64,000 nucleotides of DNA from the NCBI GenBank assembly GCA_964427285.1, contig CAYRTS010000002.1, forward strand, positions 8,269 through 72,268, read 5' to 3'. Made by a program: the position numbers and the translations under genes. Positions 48,529-64,000 of this stretch are shown in pieces. How positions within the stretch are numbered: position 1 is the first letter of the stretch; each line of letters opens with the position of its first letter. The notes beneath the pieces are model-generated. The model saw nothing but the letters and a program-made list of their open reading frames with translations. It was not told the DNA's origin and searched no databases. Source of the stretch: an uncultured Anaerolineaceae bacterium (GTDB taxonomy: Bacteria > Chloroflexota > Limnocylindria > Limnocylindrales > CSP1-4).

Positions 48529-48962
48529 TCCTGCTGGATGTCAATGTCATCGTCTACGCACTGCATGATGGGATGCCGGACCACCAACGCTACCGTGGCT
48601 GGCTCCACGCAGCGTTTGCCGCAGACGATCCCGTCGGCCTCTCTGAACTCGCCCTGAGTGGCTTCGTCCGGATCGTCACGAACCCGCGTGTCTTCACGAC
48701 CCCGACTTCGGCAACCGTTGCATTGGACGCTGTGGACGAGTTGCGCGCCCAGCCCAGCGCCATGATCGTTGCTCCTGGCGATCACCACTGGCCCACGTTT
48801 CGGCGCTTGTGCATCGCGTCCGGCGCCCGAGGCAACATCGTGGCAGATGCCTACCATGCGGCGCTGGCTATCGAATCGGGCGCGGAGTTCATCACCACGG
48901 ATCGGGACTACAGCCGCTTCCCAGGCCTCCGCTGGCGACACCCGTTTCAGCCGGCGTCGTAA
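48525..48962 (+). CDS. vapC: PIN-domain ribonuclease toxin VapC (probable non-ATG CTG start overlapping the antitoxin stop; the first in-frame ATG at 48573 would remove the first catalytic Asp)
   Basis: The sequence ILLDVNVIVYA...LSE...ADAYHAALA...TTDRDF gives the four acidic PIN residues. The frame is open from 48375, and no ATG, GTG or TTG lies upstream of LLDVN. Confidence 0.6.
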   Translation: MILLDVNVIVYALHDGMPDHQRYRGWLHAAFAADDPVGLSELALSGFVRIVTNPRVFTTPTSATVALDAVDELRAQPSAMIVAPGDHHWPTFRRLCIASGARGNIVADAYHAALAIESGAEFITTDRDYSRFPGLRWRHPFQPAS

Positions 48963-49000
48963 GGCGGAAGCGCGCTCGCCGCTGCTACCATCGCGCTCCC

Positions 49001-50650
49001 ATGACCGACCGAGCGTCCCGCCCCCGCTTTTACCTGACGACGGCCATCGCCTATGCCAACAACAAGCCCGGACTGCACACGCTCTACGAGGTGATCGGCT
49101 CGGATGTGATCGCGCGCTGGCACCGCATGAAGGGCGACGACACGCGGTTCCTGACCGGTACGGACGAGCATTCGATCAACATCGCCCAGGCGGCGGTCGA
49201 TGAAGGTCGGAGCGCGCGCGCGTTCGTGGACGAGAAGGTCGGGTACTTCAAGGCGGCCGAGGACGCCCTGGCGATCTCCCCCGACCGATTCATTCGGACG
49301 ACGGACCCCGACCACTTCCGGTCCGCACAGGAGATGGTTCGGCGAGCGCACGCCAATGGCGATATCTACCTGGGCACGTATGAGGGCTGGTATTGCCCAA
49401 GCGAGGGGTTTCGGAACGCCACGGATGTGCAGGAGACCGCGCGCGGCACCATCTGCCCCAACCACCCGGAGGTCCCGCTCCAGTGGCTGACCGAGCGTAA
49501 CTGGTTCTTCCGCCTGTCGGCCTACCAGGAGCGCCTTGAGCGGCACTACGCCGAGCACCCCGGGTTCGTTCAGCCGGATTTCCGCCGAAACGAGATGCTC
49601 GGGTTCATCCGGAATGGCCTCGAGGACTTCTCCATCTCACGCGAGCGCACGCCGGGCGACTGGGGGATCCCGTTCCCGATCGCCGAGAACGGCGAGACGT
49701 CGCTGCGTGAGGACGGCAGCTGGGACCCCGAAGCGGGCAAGATCTACGTCTGGTACGACGCCCTGATCAACTACATCACCGGCGCCGGCTTCCCCGACGA
49801 CCCGGCGGCGTTCGAGCGCTGGTGGCCGGCCGACCTGCACGTGATCGGCAAGGACATTGCGAGGTTCCACACGATCTTCTGGCCGGCCATGCTCTGGAGC
49901 GCAGGGCTGGCGGCACCGCGGGCGGTCTGGGTCCACGGCTGGCTGCTGGCGGCCGGCGGCGAGCGGATGAGCAAGAGCCGCGGCAACTTCCTCGATCCAA
50001 ATGACTTCGTGGCCGCGTTCGGGGCGGATGGCGCGCGCTATGTCGTCCTGCGCGAGGTGCCGTTCGACCGCGACGCCGAGGTGTCGTGGAACTCCTTTGT
50101 CCGTCGCTACAACGCGGACCTGGCGAATGACTTTGGCAACCTGCTCAATCGCACCGTGTCGATGACCAACCGATACTTCGACGGGGAGCGGCCTCCGCCC
50201 GGACGGGATCCCCGCCTGGCCGCCGTCGCCGCCGACGCCCTGCGTATCTACGCCGAACGACTGGAGGCATGCCTCCTCCATGAGGCGTTGGCCACCCTCT
50301 GGACGCTGGTTGAGAATGGCAATCGGATGGTTGACGCCGAGAAACCATGGGAGCTGGCGAAGGCCGCGAAGGCCGGCGACGAGACAGCGGCCCAGCAGTT
50401 GCAGGACGTGCTCGGCGACCTGCTCGAGCTGTGCCGACTGATCGGCCTGGCTGTCGCGCCGTTCATGCCTGGAACCGCGCCCCGTGTGATGGCGCAGCTG
50501 GGATACGCATACCCGTACCTCGCGGACGGCAATGGCGGCCCCGCAATCCTTCAGGAGCTCGTCTGGGGCGCCCACGCTGCCGAGGTGGGCCGAGTCACGA
50601 TCGCGGAACCACTCTTCCCACGCCTCGACCTCGACCCGCCGCCAGCGTAA
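49001..50650 (+). CDS. metG: methionine--tRNA ligase (short form, no Zn knuckles, no C-terminal tRNA-binding domain)
   Basis: The protein has MetRS-like sequence throughout, with RMSKS at the KMSKS position. It is followed by tatD. The HIGH position reads PGLHTLYE instead of PHxGHxYE. Confidence 0.8.
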   Translation: MTDRASRPRFYLTTAIAYANNKPGLHTLYEVIGSDVIARWHRMKGDDTRFLTGTDEHSINIAQAAVDEGRSARAFVDEKVGYFKAAEDALAISPDRFIRTTDPDHFRSAQEMVRRAHANGDIYLGTYEGWYCPSEGFRNATDVQETARGTICPNHPEVPLQWLTERNWFFRLSAYQERLERHYAEHPGFVQPDFRRNEMLGFIRNGLEDFSISRERTPGDWGIPFPIAENGETSLREDGSWDPEAGKIYVWYDALINYITGAGFPDDPAAFERWWPADLHVIGKDIARFHTIFWPAMLWSAGLAAPRAVWVHGWLLAAGGERMSKSRGNFLDPNDFVAAFGADGARYVVLREVPFDRDAEVSWNSFVRRYNADLANDFGNLLNRTVSMTNRYFDGERPPPGRDPRLAAVAADALRIYAERLEACLLHEALATLWTLVENGNRMVDAEKPWELAKAAKAGDETAAQQLQDVLGDLLELCRLIGLAVAPFMPGTAPRVMAQLGYAYPYLADGNGGPAILQELVWGAHAAEVGRVTIAEPLFPRLDLDPPPA

Positions 50651-50893
50651 CCGCCAGCCGGCAGCGCATCGGCCGATTCACTCAGGTCCGTATCGACGTG
50701 CCGGATCAACTCCAGGTGGCATCATCGGCACGAATGTGGATGGCCGACGCCCCACGCCGCACCCTGGTCAATCGGCCACGCTGACTCGTACCAATCACGA
50801 AACTCACAGTTCACAGTTGACCCAAACTCCCGGCCGGCACCCGGAACGGTCGAGCGCAGGTGCAAAGCTGCCGCCCACACGTACCATGCGCCG

Positions 50894-51748
50894 GTGCCCC
50901 TCATCGACAGCCATTGCCATCTCAACGCTGACCGATTCGATGGTGATGTGGAGCTGGTTCTTGGAGGCGCCCGACTCGCCGGCGTCGAGCGGATCCTCGT
51001 CCCTGGTTGGAACCTCGCGTCGAGCGAGCGTGCCCTTGGCCTGATCGACCGATACCCATCGCTCGACGCGGCGGTCGGTGTCCATCCACATGACGCGGCC
51101 AAGGTGGACAGCACGGATTGGGCGCGGATCGTCAAGTGGGCCGCAGACCCGCGGGTGGCTGCGATCGGCGAAACCGGGCTCGACTACGACCGCGTCTTCA
51201 GCCCGATCCCGGACCAGGTCACCAACCTGCGCCGCAATCTCCAGCTGGCGCTCGAGACTGGCAAGCCGGCCATCCTTCACTGCCGATCGAGTCCCGGTCG
51301 GCGCGATGCGCAGGACGCCATGGTCGAGGAACTCAGGCGGGCCGGGATCGGTACCGCCAGCTGGGCCAGCGCATTCGGCGAGCGGCCAGCGGCCGTCATC
51401 CACTCCTATTCCGGACCGATGGATTACGCCAGGACTGTCATCGATATGGGTCTCGCCGTCAGCTTCTCGGGCCTGGTGTTCAGGACCGGTGAGGAGGCCT
51501 CCGCCGAAGCGGCCGCCCTGGTCGCACCGGATCGCCTCCTGATCGAGACCGATTCTCCGTTCCTGTCCCCACCTGGCGCTCCGCGCCGGCGCAACGAACC
51601 CGAGTGGGTCACCATCACGGCGGCCTGGCTGGCCGAGCAACGCGGTACCTCGTTGGACACCGTGGTCGCCGGCCTCGTCCCGGCCTACGACCGGGCGTTT
51701 CCGCGAAACGGCCGCGCGGCCATCCCATCGGCGAGCGCCGCAGGCTGA
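50894..51748 (+). CDS. tatD: TatD family metal-dependent DNase/hydrolase
   Basis: The N-terminus is [11 protein letters not shown]. Further motifs are [15 protein letters not shown] and HSYSG. Confidence 0.85.
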   Translation: MPLIDSHCHLNADRFDGDVELVLGGARLAGVERILVPGWNLASSERALGLIDRYPSLDAAVGVHPHDAAKVDSTDWARIVKWAADPRVAAIGETGLDYDRVFSPIPDQVTNLRRNLQLALETGKPAILHCRSSPGRRDAQDAMVEELRRAGIGTASWASAFGERPAAVIHSYSGPMDYARTVIDMGLAVSFSGLVFRTGEEASAEAAALVAPDRLLIETDSPFLSPPGAPRRRNEPEWVTITAAWLAEQRGTSLDTVVAGLVPAYDRAFPRNGRAAIPSASAAG

Positions 51749-51765
51749 CGTGCGGTGGGGGGCGG

Positions 51766-51795
51766 TTGACAGGCACGCCCCCAGTTCGCTACTCT
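51766..51795 (+). promoter_or_regulatory. sigma-A type promoter of groESL
   Basis: -35 TTGACA (51766-51771), an 18 nt spacer, and -10 TACTCT (51790-51795) lie immediately upstream of CIRCE. Confidence 0.5.
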
Positions 51796-51799
51796 CCGT

Positions 51800-51826
51800 T
51801 TGGCACTCGCACCCCGAGAGTGCCAG
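51800..51826 (+). promoter_or_regulatory. CIRCE operator (HrcA binding inverted repeat)
   Basis: TTGGCACTC-N9-GAGTGCCAG matches the CIRCE consensus TTAGCACTC-N9-GAGTGCTAA at 14 of 18 positions. The arms GGCACTC and GAGTGCC form a perfect palindrome. Confidence 0.85.
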
Positions 51827-52005
51827 CATCGCGACCCACCGAGTCCGACCGACGCCGGGATCACCGGCCGGAGGTTCGCACGGCCCTCGCGGTGCCGACA
51901 TCGAGGTTCAAGGGAACGTCAGAACTCCGGCCCAAACCGGCCTGTTGGCGGTCCCGCACATCGAAGCCCGACGGTCGGCCCTGGCCGTCACAGGAGGAAT
52001 GCACG

Positions 52006-52347
52006 TTGGCCAAAGCCACTGCGACTGCGACAGCGACGAAAGCCGCTCCGATCTCGACCAAGCTGCGCCCCCTCGGCGATCGCGTGGTCATCAAGCCGAG
52101 CGCCCGTGAGGAGATGACCAAGAGCGGCATCGTCCTTCCGGACACCGCCAAGGAGAAGCCCCAGGAGGGCACGGTCATCGCCGCCGGCCCCGGCCGGATC
52201 CTCGATGACGGCAAGCGCGAATCGATGGACGTCAAGGCCGGAGACAAGGTCCTCTACGCCAAGTACGCCGGCACCGAATTCAAGATCGATGGGGACGAAC
52301 TCCTCATCGTCAGCCAGAAGGACATCCTGGCGCTCGTCGAGGGTTGA
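52006..52347 (+). CDS. groES: co-chaperonin GroES with N-terminal Ala/Thr-repeat extension
   Basis: A TTG start lies 8 nt after AGGAGG. The product is (M)[62 protein letters not shown]... No ATG is available upstream of the conserved core. Confidence 0.8.
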   Translation: MAKATATATATKAAPISTKLRPLGDRVVIKPSAREEMTKSGIVLPDTAKEKPQEGTVIAAGPGRILDDGKRESMDVKAGDKVLYAKYAGTEFKIDGDELLIVSQKDILALVEG

Positions 52348-54033
<1,686 letters not shown>

Positions 54034-54061
54034 TCCGACCCGTTCGCAACGTTCAACGCTC

Positions 54062-54094
54062 GATGAGGCCCCCGGCTCCGCCGGGGGCCTCATC
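54062..54094 (+). terminator. intrinsic terminator hairpin after groEL
   Basis: GATGAGGCCCCCGG-ctccg-CCGGGGGCCTCATC is a 14-bp perfect stem. It lies 29 nt after the stop, and the U-tract is weak. Confidence 0.6.
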
Positions 54095-54220
54095 GATTCC
54101 GGCCGGCACGACCCCTGGCCGCTGGACTATCGGCTGGTTGACAGGACGCACCGGCACGCCGACATTGACACCGGAAGTCAATCCGTCGACTGCCTCCAGA
54201 TCGACATACCGAGGTGCCAG

Positions 54221-55021
54221 ATGTCTCGCTTTTCTCGCTCCACGTCCGCCGCGCTCGCTCTGTTCGTCGCCGTCTCCCTTGTTCTGGGTGGCTGCGGCAG
54301 CGCGGCGCTTCCGGAATTGACGGACCCGACCGCCATCATCACTGCGGCGCTCAAGGCCACCGAAGGCGCCAAAAGCGTTCATCTTGAGGCCACCGTTGAG
54401 GGCTCGATCACTGCCGATCTGTTCGGGACCGGGGACTCGGGCGCGGCGATGACCCTCACCGGTACGTCACTCGCGGCCGACGTCGACATGACCGGCGGCA
54501 ACATGCACGCGACGTTCGCCGTTCCCGCCCTGCTCGGGTTGACCGGCGAGCTGATCCAGATCGGCACGACCTCGTACGTGAAAACGTCGCTGGGCGGTCC
54601 GCTGTTCGAGGTGACGGAGGACTCCACGGGCGAGCTTCCAATCGACCCATCCAACCCGACCGCCATCGTTGATGGTCTCGGCGACTTCCTGCTCAACGAC
54701 GCCGTCAATCCGGTCAAGGGCGAGGACGTCGCATGCGGTAGCGCGAAGTGCTACGCGGTCACGATTGAGCTCACGCCCGAGGCGCTGGCGGCACTGGACC
54801 CGACCGGTGCGGCGGCCGAGGAGTTGCCCATCGATCTGAGTGCCGGCACCGCGACGATCACGGTCCGGGTCGACAAGAACACCTACCGTCTAGCCGGGAT
54901 CAGCATCGTCGCCGCCGCTGGTGACCTGGGATCGTTGACCCTGGAACTGATCCTCTCCAAGTGGGACGAGACGGTCACGATTGCGGCGCCGGCGGCCGAT
55001 CAACTGGCTCCGGCCTCGTAA
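54221..55021 (+). CDS. lipoprotein, LppX/LprAFG (LprG-like) family candidate
   Basis: The protein has a lipobox (LVLGGCGS). Its size (266 aa) and beta-rich composition fit the LprG-like family. The assignment is by resemblance only. Confidence 0.45.
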   Translation: MSRFSRSTSAALALFVAVSLVLGGCGSAALPELTDPTAIITAALKATEGAKSVHLEATVEGSITADLFGTGDSGAAMTLTGTSLAADVDMTGGNMHATFAVPALLGLTGELIQIGTTSYVKTSLGGPLFEVTEDSTGELPIDPSNPTAIVDGLGDFLLNDAVNPVKGEDVACGSAKCYAVTIELTPEALAALDPTGAAAEELPIDLSAGTATITVRVDKNTYRLAGISIVAAAGDLGSLTLELILSKWDETVTIAAPAADQLAPAS

Positions 55022-55088
55022 CCATCTGCGCGGCGATGCGACTGCGTCCGATACGGCCCGGTGCAGAGCCCACACCTACAATGGATGG

Positions 55089-57815
<2,727 letters not shown>

Positions 57816-57822
57816 ATGCGGA

Positions 57823-58524
57823 TCAGGGAAGCGCTCCGGCGGCCTCCAGGAGGTCCGCGGTCTCCAGGTGGCCGCGAGTCCGGGCGTGCGCCAGGGGCCG
57901 CACCCCGTCGCGGTCCGCCAGGTTCACGTCTGCCCCGTGGTCGATGAGCAGCGCCACGATGGCCTGGTGGTCAGGGCCGCCATCGGATAGGAGGATGGCC
58001 TCGAGCAGTGCCGTCCAGCCGAGCCGATTCACGTGGTTGACGTCTACGGCCGTCTCGGTAAGGAGGTAGCGGACGACCTCCACGTGACCGCGCTCGGAGG
58101 CCGGGATGACCGCCACGCCGCCGTAGCGGTTCGTGATCGACGGGTCGGCGCCGGCCTCGTTGGCCAGCCGGAGGATGTCGAGCAACCCCTCGGCGCCGGC
58201 GTACAGGAACGGGTTATCGAGCTTGTCGTCCTGGAGATCGACATCGGCACCGGCCTCGAGCAGCGCGCGGAACGCATCGGTCAGGTGTGCTTCGGTCGTG
58301 ACCATCAGCGGCGTCCGACCGGTGGCGTCGCGGGCATCGACATGCGCGCCGTCGGACAACGCGGCGTGGATCGCAGCGAGGTCGCCCGCGGCCGCCGCAG
58401 AAAAGAGCTGCTCATCCATCGCTTGTCCTCCCCGTTGGACGGCTGGTCCTCCGCACCCGGCGCCCGCGACGCTCAAGCTGAGCACCACGGTCGCGATCAG
58501 CCCGCGTCGATCCATCCAGTTCAT
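57823..58524 (-). CDS. ankyrin-repeat lipoprotein
   Basis: The start is chosen at MNWMDRRGLIATVVLSLSVAGAGCGG, which carries a lipobox. At least five ANK repeats follow (GRTPLM..., NPFLYAG..., GGVAVIPAS..., GWTALLEA..., GVRPLAHA...). Confidence 0.7.
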   Translation of the reverse strand: MNWMDRRGLIATVVLSLSVAGAGCGGPAVQRGGQAMDEQLFSAAAAGDLAAIHAALSDGAHVDARDATGRTPLMVTTEAHLTDAFRALLEAGADVDLQDDKLDNPFLYAGAEGLLDILRLANEAGADPSITNRYGGVAVIPASERGHVEVVRYLLTETAVDVNHVNRLGWTALLEAILLSDGGPDHQAIVALLIDHGADVNLADRDGVRPLAHARTRGHLETADLLEAAGALP

Positions 58525-58673
58525 GGTAGCGAGATGCGACGCGGCCACGGGCGGACATGCTTCGCGGATTCCGTTGACCCCGGGCCCGCCGCCGAAACCG
58601 GCCGAATTCATCCCCGGGTTCGACCGATCAACGACCTGGAAGCGGCGATGCATCGGGTTCGGTACCCTCGTAG

Positions 58674-61899
<3,226 letters not shown>

Positions 61900-62529
61900 G
61901 CTGGGTCACCGCGGCACGGGCGGCGGCCCAGTCGGGCTGATCACCGAAGACGATGCCGTCGGTTCCCCAGCGGCGGATCTGGGTCATCGCGTTGACGATC
62001 GCATCGTGCGCCAGCGCACGCCCGCGCCCGGCCTGGACCTGCCCGCTCACGAGGTAGCGTCGAACGACGTCGAATGGCGCGGACCACTGGCCGATGCGAA
62101 TGGTGTCGCCCTGCCGCAGCGATTCGAGCCAATCGTCGTCGCCAACCGGATGCCTATCGTGCTCGGCCTGGTGTCGGACGAGATCCACACGGTGGCCGGT
62201 TCGATCGAGGCTCGCGAGTCGCCCGTCGTCATCGACTGTCTGGTAGCAGACCGGGCACGACGGCAACTCGACGTGGGTGGGGGGCGGCTCCCCGTACGGG
62301 AGTCCACAGCGACGACAGAACGTCGCCTGGCTTCGACCGGCGGGTGTCCCGCACCCAAGACAGGCCGTCTCGATGAGCAAGGTCAATGTGCCGCTCCACT
62401 GATCATATCCGTGTTGTGGTCGCCGAAGCATGCCCGGGCGGCCATCGGCGCACCATGGCCTGATCGGGTCATTCGCGAGCCGCCAGTGGGGTCATCGACC
62501 CGGCGAGACCATCGCAGATTGTCGCTGGG

Positions 62530-63342
62530 TCAGCCTACCGCGTGATCAAACTGACCCCAGATCGCCTCGGGCCGCCAAGCTGGCATCTCACCGCGGATCA
62601 GGCGCGGCGCCTGCCAGGCAGCGACCCAGCCCTCGCCCAGCAATCGGTCGAGGCCGACCCGGTTGGTCTCGAGGACGCCCGCCCGGATACGCTTGCCAGA
62701 ACCCGCCGCCAGCCGTCGCGCTTGCAGGATGGCGAGGGCGTCGTCGGCGTTAGGGGCGATCGTTGCGCCGCCGCCCCACGGCGCCCGGATCACGAAGCCA
62801 CCCAGGGTCCCATCGTGGCGCTCGAGGCAGCGGGTGGTGTCCGGCGCGGCGAGCGCGCTCAGCATGTGCGCGCGGTCCTCGCCGGTCACAACCCCGTCCA
62901 GCACCAGCATGGCGGTGAGGTCGGACGGCTGGAACGGACGGATCCGTTCATCCGGATCGCCAGTCGCCAGCCCCGCTGCCTCCATCGTCCGATACCGGTC
63001 CTGGACCCGAAATCCGAGTCGTTCGTAGAGCGGCTGTCCGGCTTCGGTGGCAACCAGCACGAGCGTTGCGCACCCGGCGGCCTCCGCGACCTCGATCGTC
63101 GTCTGCGTCAGGGCCGTGCCGAGTCCCTGCCCGCGCCACGCCGGATCCACCCAGATCGTGCCGATCCAGCCGACCGACCCGTTGATCGTGGCCATCCCGG
63201 TCCCGACGATCGTCCCGTCGGCGTCGGCGACGAGCGGCCGGCAACCCGGGTGGCCCGTGCTCCACGCCAGCCTGGTGCGGCGATCGCCCCAACCGGAGCG
63301 GCCGATGGCGTTTGCGGCGGCTTCGACATCGGCGTGCGTCAT
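62530..63342 (-). CDS. GNAT family N-acetyltransferase
   Basis: The start is at MTHADVEAA. It has an acetyl-CoA motif WVDPAWRGQGLGTAL and an additional C-terminal domain. Confidence 0.65.
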   Translation of the reverse strand: MTHADVEAAANAIGRSGWGDRRTRLAWSTGHPGCRPLVADADGTIVGTGMATINGSVGWIGTIWVDPAWRGQGLGTALTQTTIEVAEAAGCATLVLVATEAGQPLYERLGFRVQDRYRTMEAAGLATGDPDERIRPFQPSDLTAMLVLDGVVTGEDRAHMLSALAAPDTTRCLERHDGTLGGFVIRAPWGGGATIAPNADDALAILQARRLAAGSGKRIRAGVLETNRVGLDRLLGEGWVAAWQAPRLIRGEMPAWRPEAIWGQFDHAVG

Positions 63343-63404
63343 GGGGCGGATCAGCGGGGTCGGCACAGGGCGATCGTAGCGGGCGCGTCGGATATGATCG
63401 AGCG

Positions 63405-63701
63405 ATGGCCACGCTCTCCCGTTCGGACGTCGAGCACGTCGCTCATCTGGCACGGCTTGGGCTGACCCAAGTCGAGTTGACGCAACTCGAAGGGCAGCTC
63501 AACCACATCCTGGATCAGTACGCGATCCTCGCCGAACTGCCGACCGATGACATCGCCCCGACCGCCCAGACCATCGAGCTCGAGAACATCCTGCGCGAGG
63601 ATGTCGTGCGCCCGTCGCTGCCCGTGGAGGCGGTCCTCGCGAATGCACCGGCACGGCAGGGGGACTTTATTGTGGTGCCGGCCATCCTCGACGAACGCTG
63701 A
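63405..63701 (+). CDS. gatC: Asp-tRNA(Asn)/Glu-tRNA(Gln) amidotransferase subunit C
   Basis: The N-terminus is MATLSRSDVEHVAHLARLGLTQVE, with an ...IVVPAILDE C-terminus. gatA follows directly. Confidence 0.85.
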   Translation: MATLSRSDVEHVAHLARLGLTQVELTQLEGQLNHILDQYAILAELPTDDIAPTAQTIELENILREDVVRPSLPVEAVLANAPARQGDFIVVPAILDER

Positions 63702-63710
63702 GTCTGCCCG

Positions 63711-64000
63711 ATGACCGACCTGACTCGCCTCCACGCGCACGAGATGGCTGGGCTTTTGCGGTCGGGCCAGGTTTCGTCACGTGACCTCACCGAGGCGCAC
63801 TTGCGTGCCGCCGAGCGCGACAACCGGGCACTCAACGCCTGGCTGACGATCGACCGTGATCGGGCGCTCGCCGAGGCCGATGCCGCAGACTCGCGGCTGG
63901 GGGCGGCCCGGACGGACGGGGCCAGGGCCCTCGACCGGTTACGCCCCCTGCTGGGTATCCCTGTGGCGCTCAAGGATCTCGTGTCCGTCAAGGGCGGGCA
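63711..64000 (+). CDS. gatA: Glu-tRNA(Gln) amidotransferase subunit A, N-terminal part (continues beyond window)
   Basis: An ATG at 63711 starts MTDLTRLHAHEMAGLLRSGQVSSRDLTEAHL...IPVALKDLVSVKG, the amidase signature region. Confidence 0.8.
   Translation, partial: MTDLTRLHAHEMAGLLRSGQVSSRDLTEAHLRAAERDNRALNAWLTIDRDRALAEADAADSRLGAARTDGARALDRLRPLLGIPVALKDLVSVKGG

Overview
This 64 kb window is high-GC (roughly 68-70% by eye) bacterial chromosomal DNA with a Terrabacteria-like layout: split gcvPA/gcvPB, separate purS/purQ/purL, CIRCE-controlled groESL, and a pcrA-ligA neighbourhood. It is probably Actinobacteria- or Chloroflexi-like, and coding is dense on both strands. The main content, in order, is: the 3' end of gcvT with gcvH-gcvPA-gcvPB; two convergent five-gene peptide/nickel-type ABC transporter operons; a split glutamine-dependent NAD synthetase (nitrilase-like glutaminase plus nadE); rsmI; two tandem FGE/SUMF1-like paralogs; an ECF-type transporter module (S, small TM protein, A1, A2, T) co-directional with two uridine-phosphorylase paralogs and a cytochrome P450; a convergent DUF2419 (Qng1-like queuosine-salvage) plus MFS pair; ribokinase; a Ca2+/H+ antiporter; an ssb paralog; a secreted M15 peptidase operon; a ten-gene purine biosynthesis operon (purA-D-B-C-S-Q-L-F-M and a fused purN-purH); vapBC; metG-tatD; groES-groEL with promoter and CIRCE; an LprG-like lipoprotein; pcrA; an ankyrin lipoprotein; ligA; a disrupted amine oxidase; a GNAT acetyltransferase; and gatC with the start of gatA. 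I found no rRNA, tRNA, CRISPR array or recognisable IS/transposase. The most interesting features are: (i) the nucleoside/queuosine-salvage-like island at 20.4-30.7 kb; (ii) a roughly 190 bp duplication of the ssb promoter, leader and first codons placed upstream of the M15 peptidase operon, where it forms a translationally coupled uORF; (iii) a gene-fission junction in NAD synthetase marked by 20-nt tandem repeats; (iv) a purN-purH fusion; (v) a MetRS with a non-canonical HIGH motif; and (vi) a hairpin plus T6 attenuator candidate in the purA leader.
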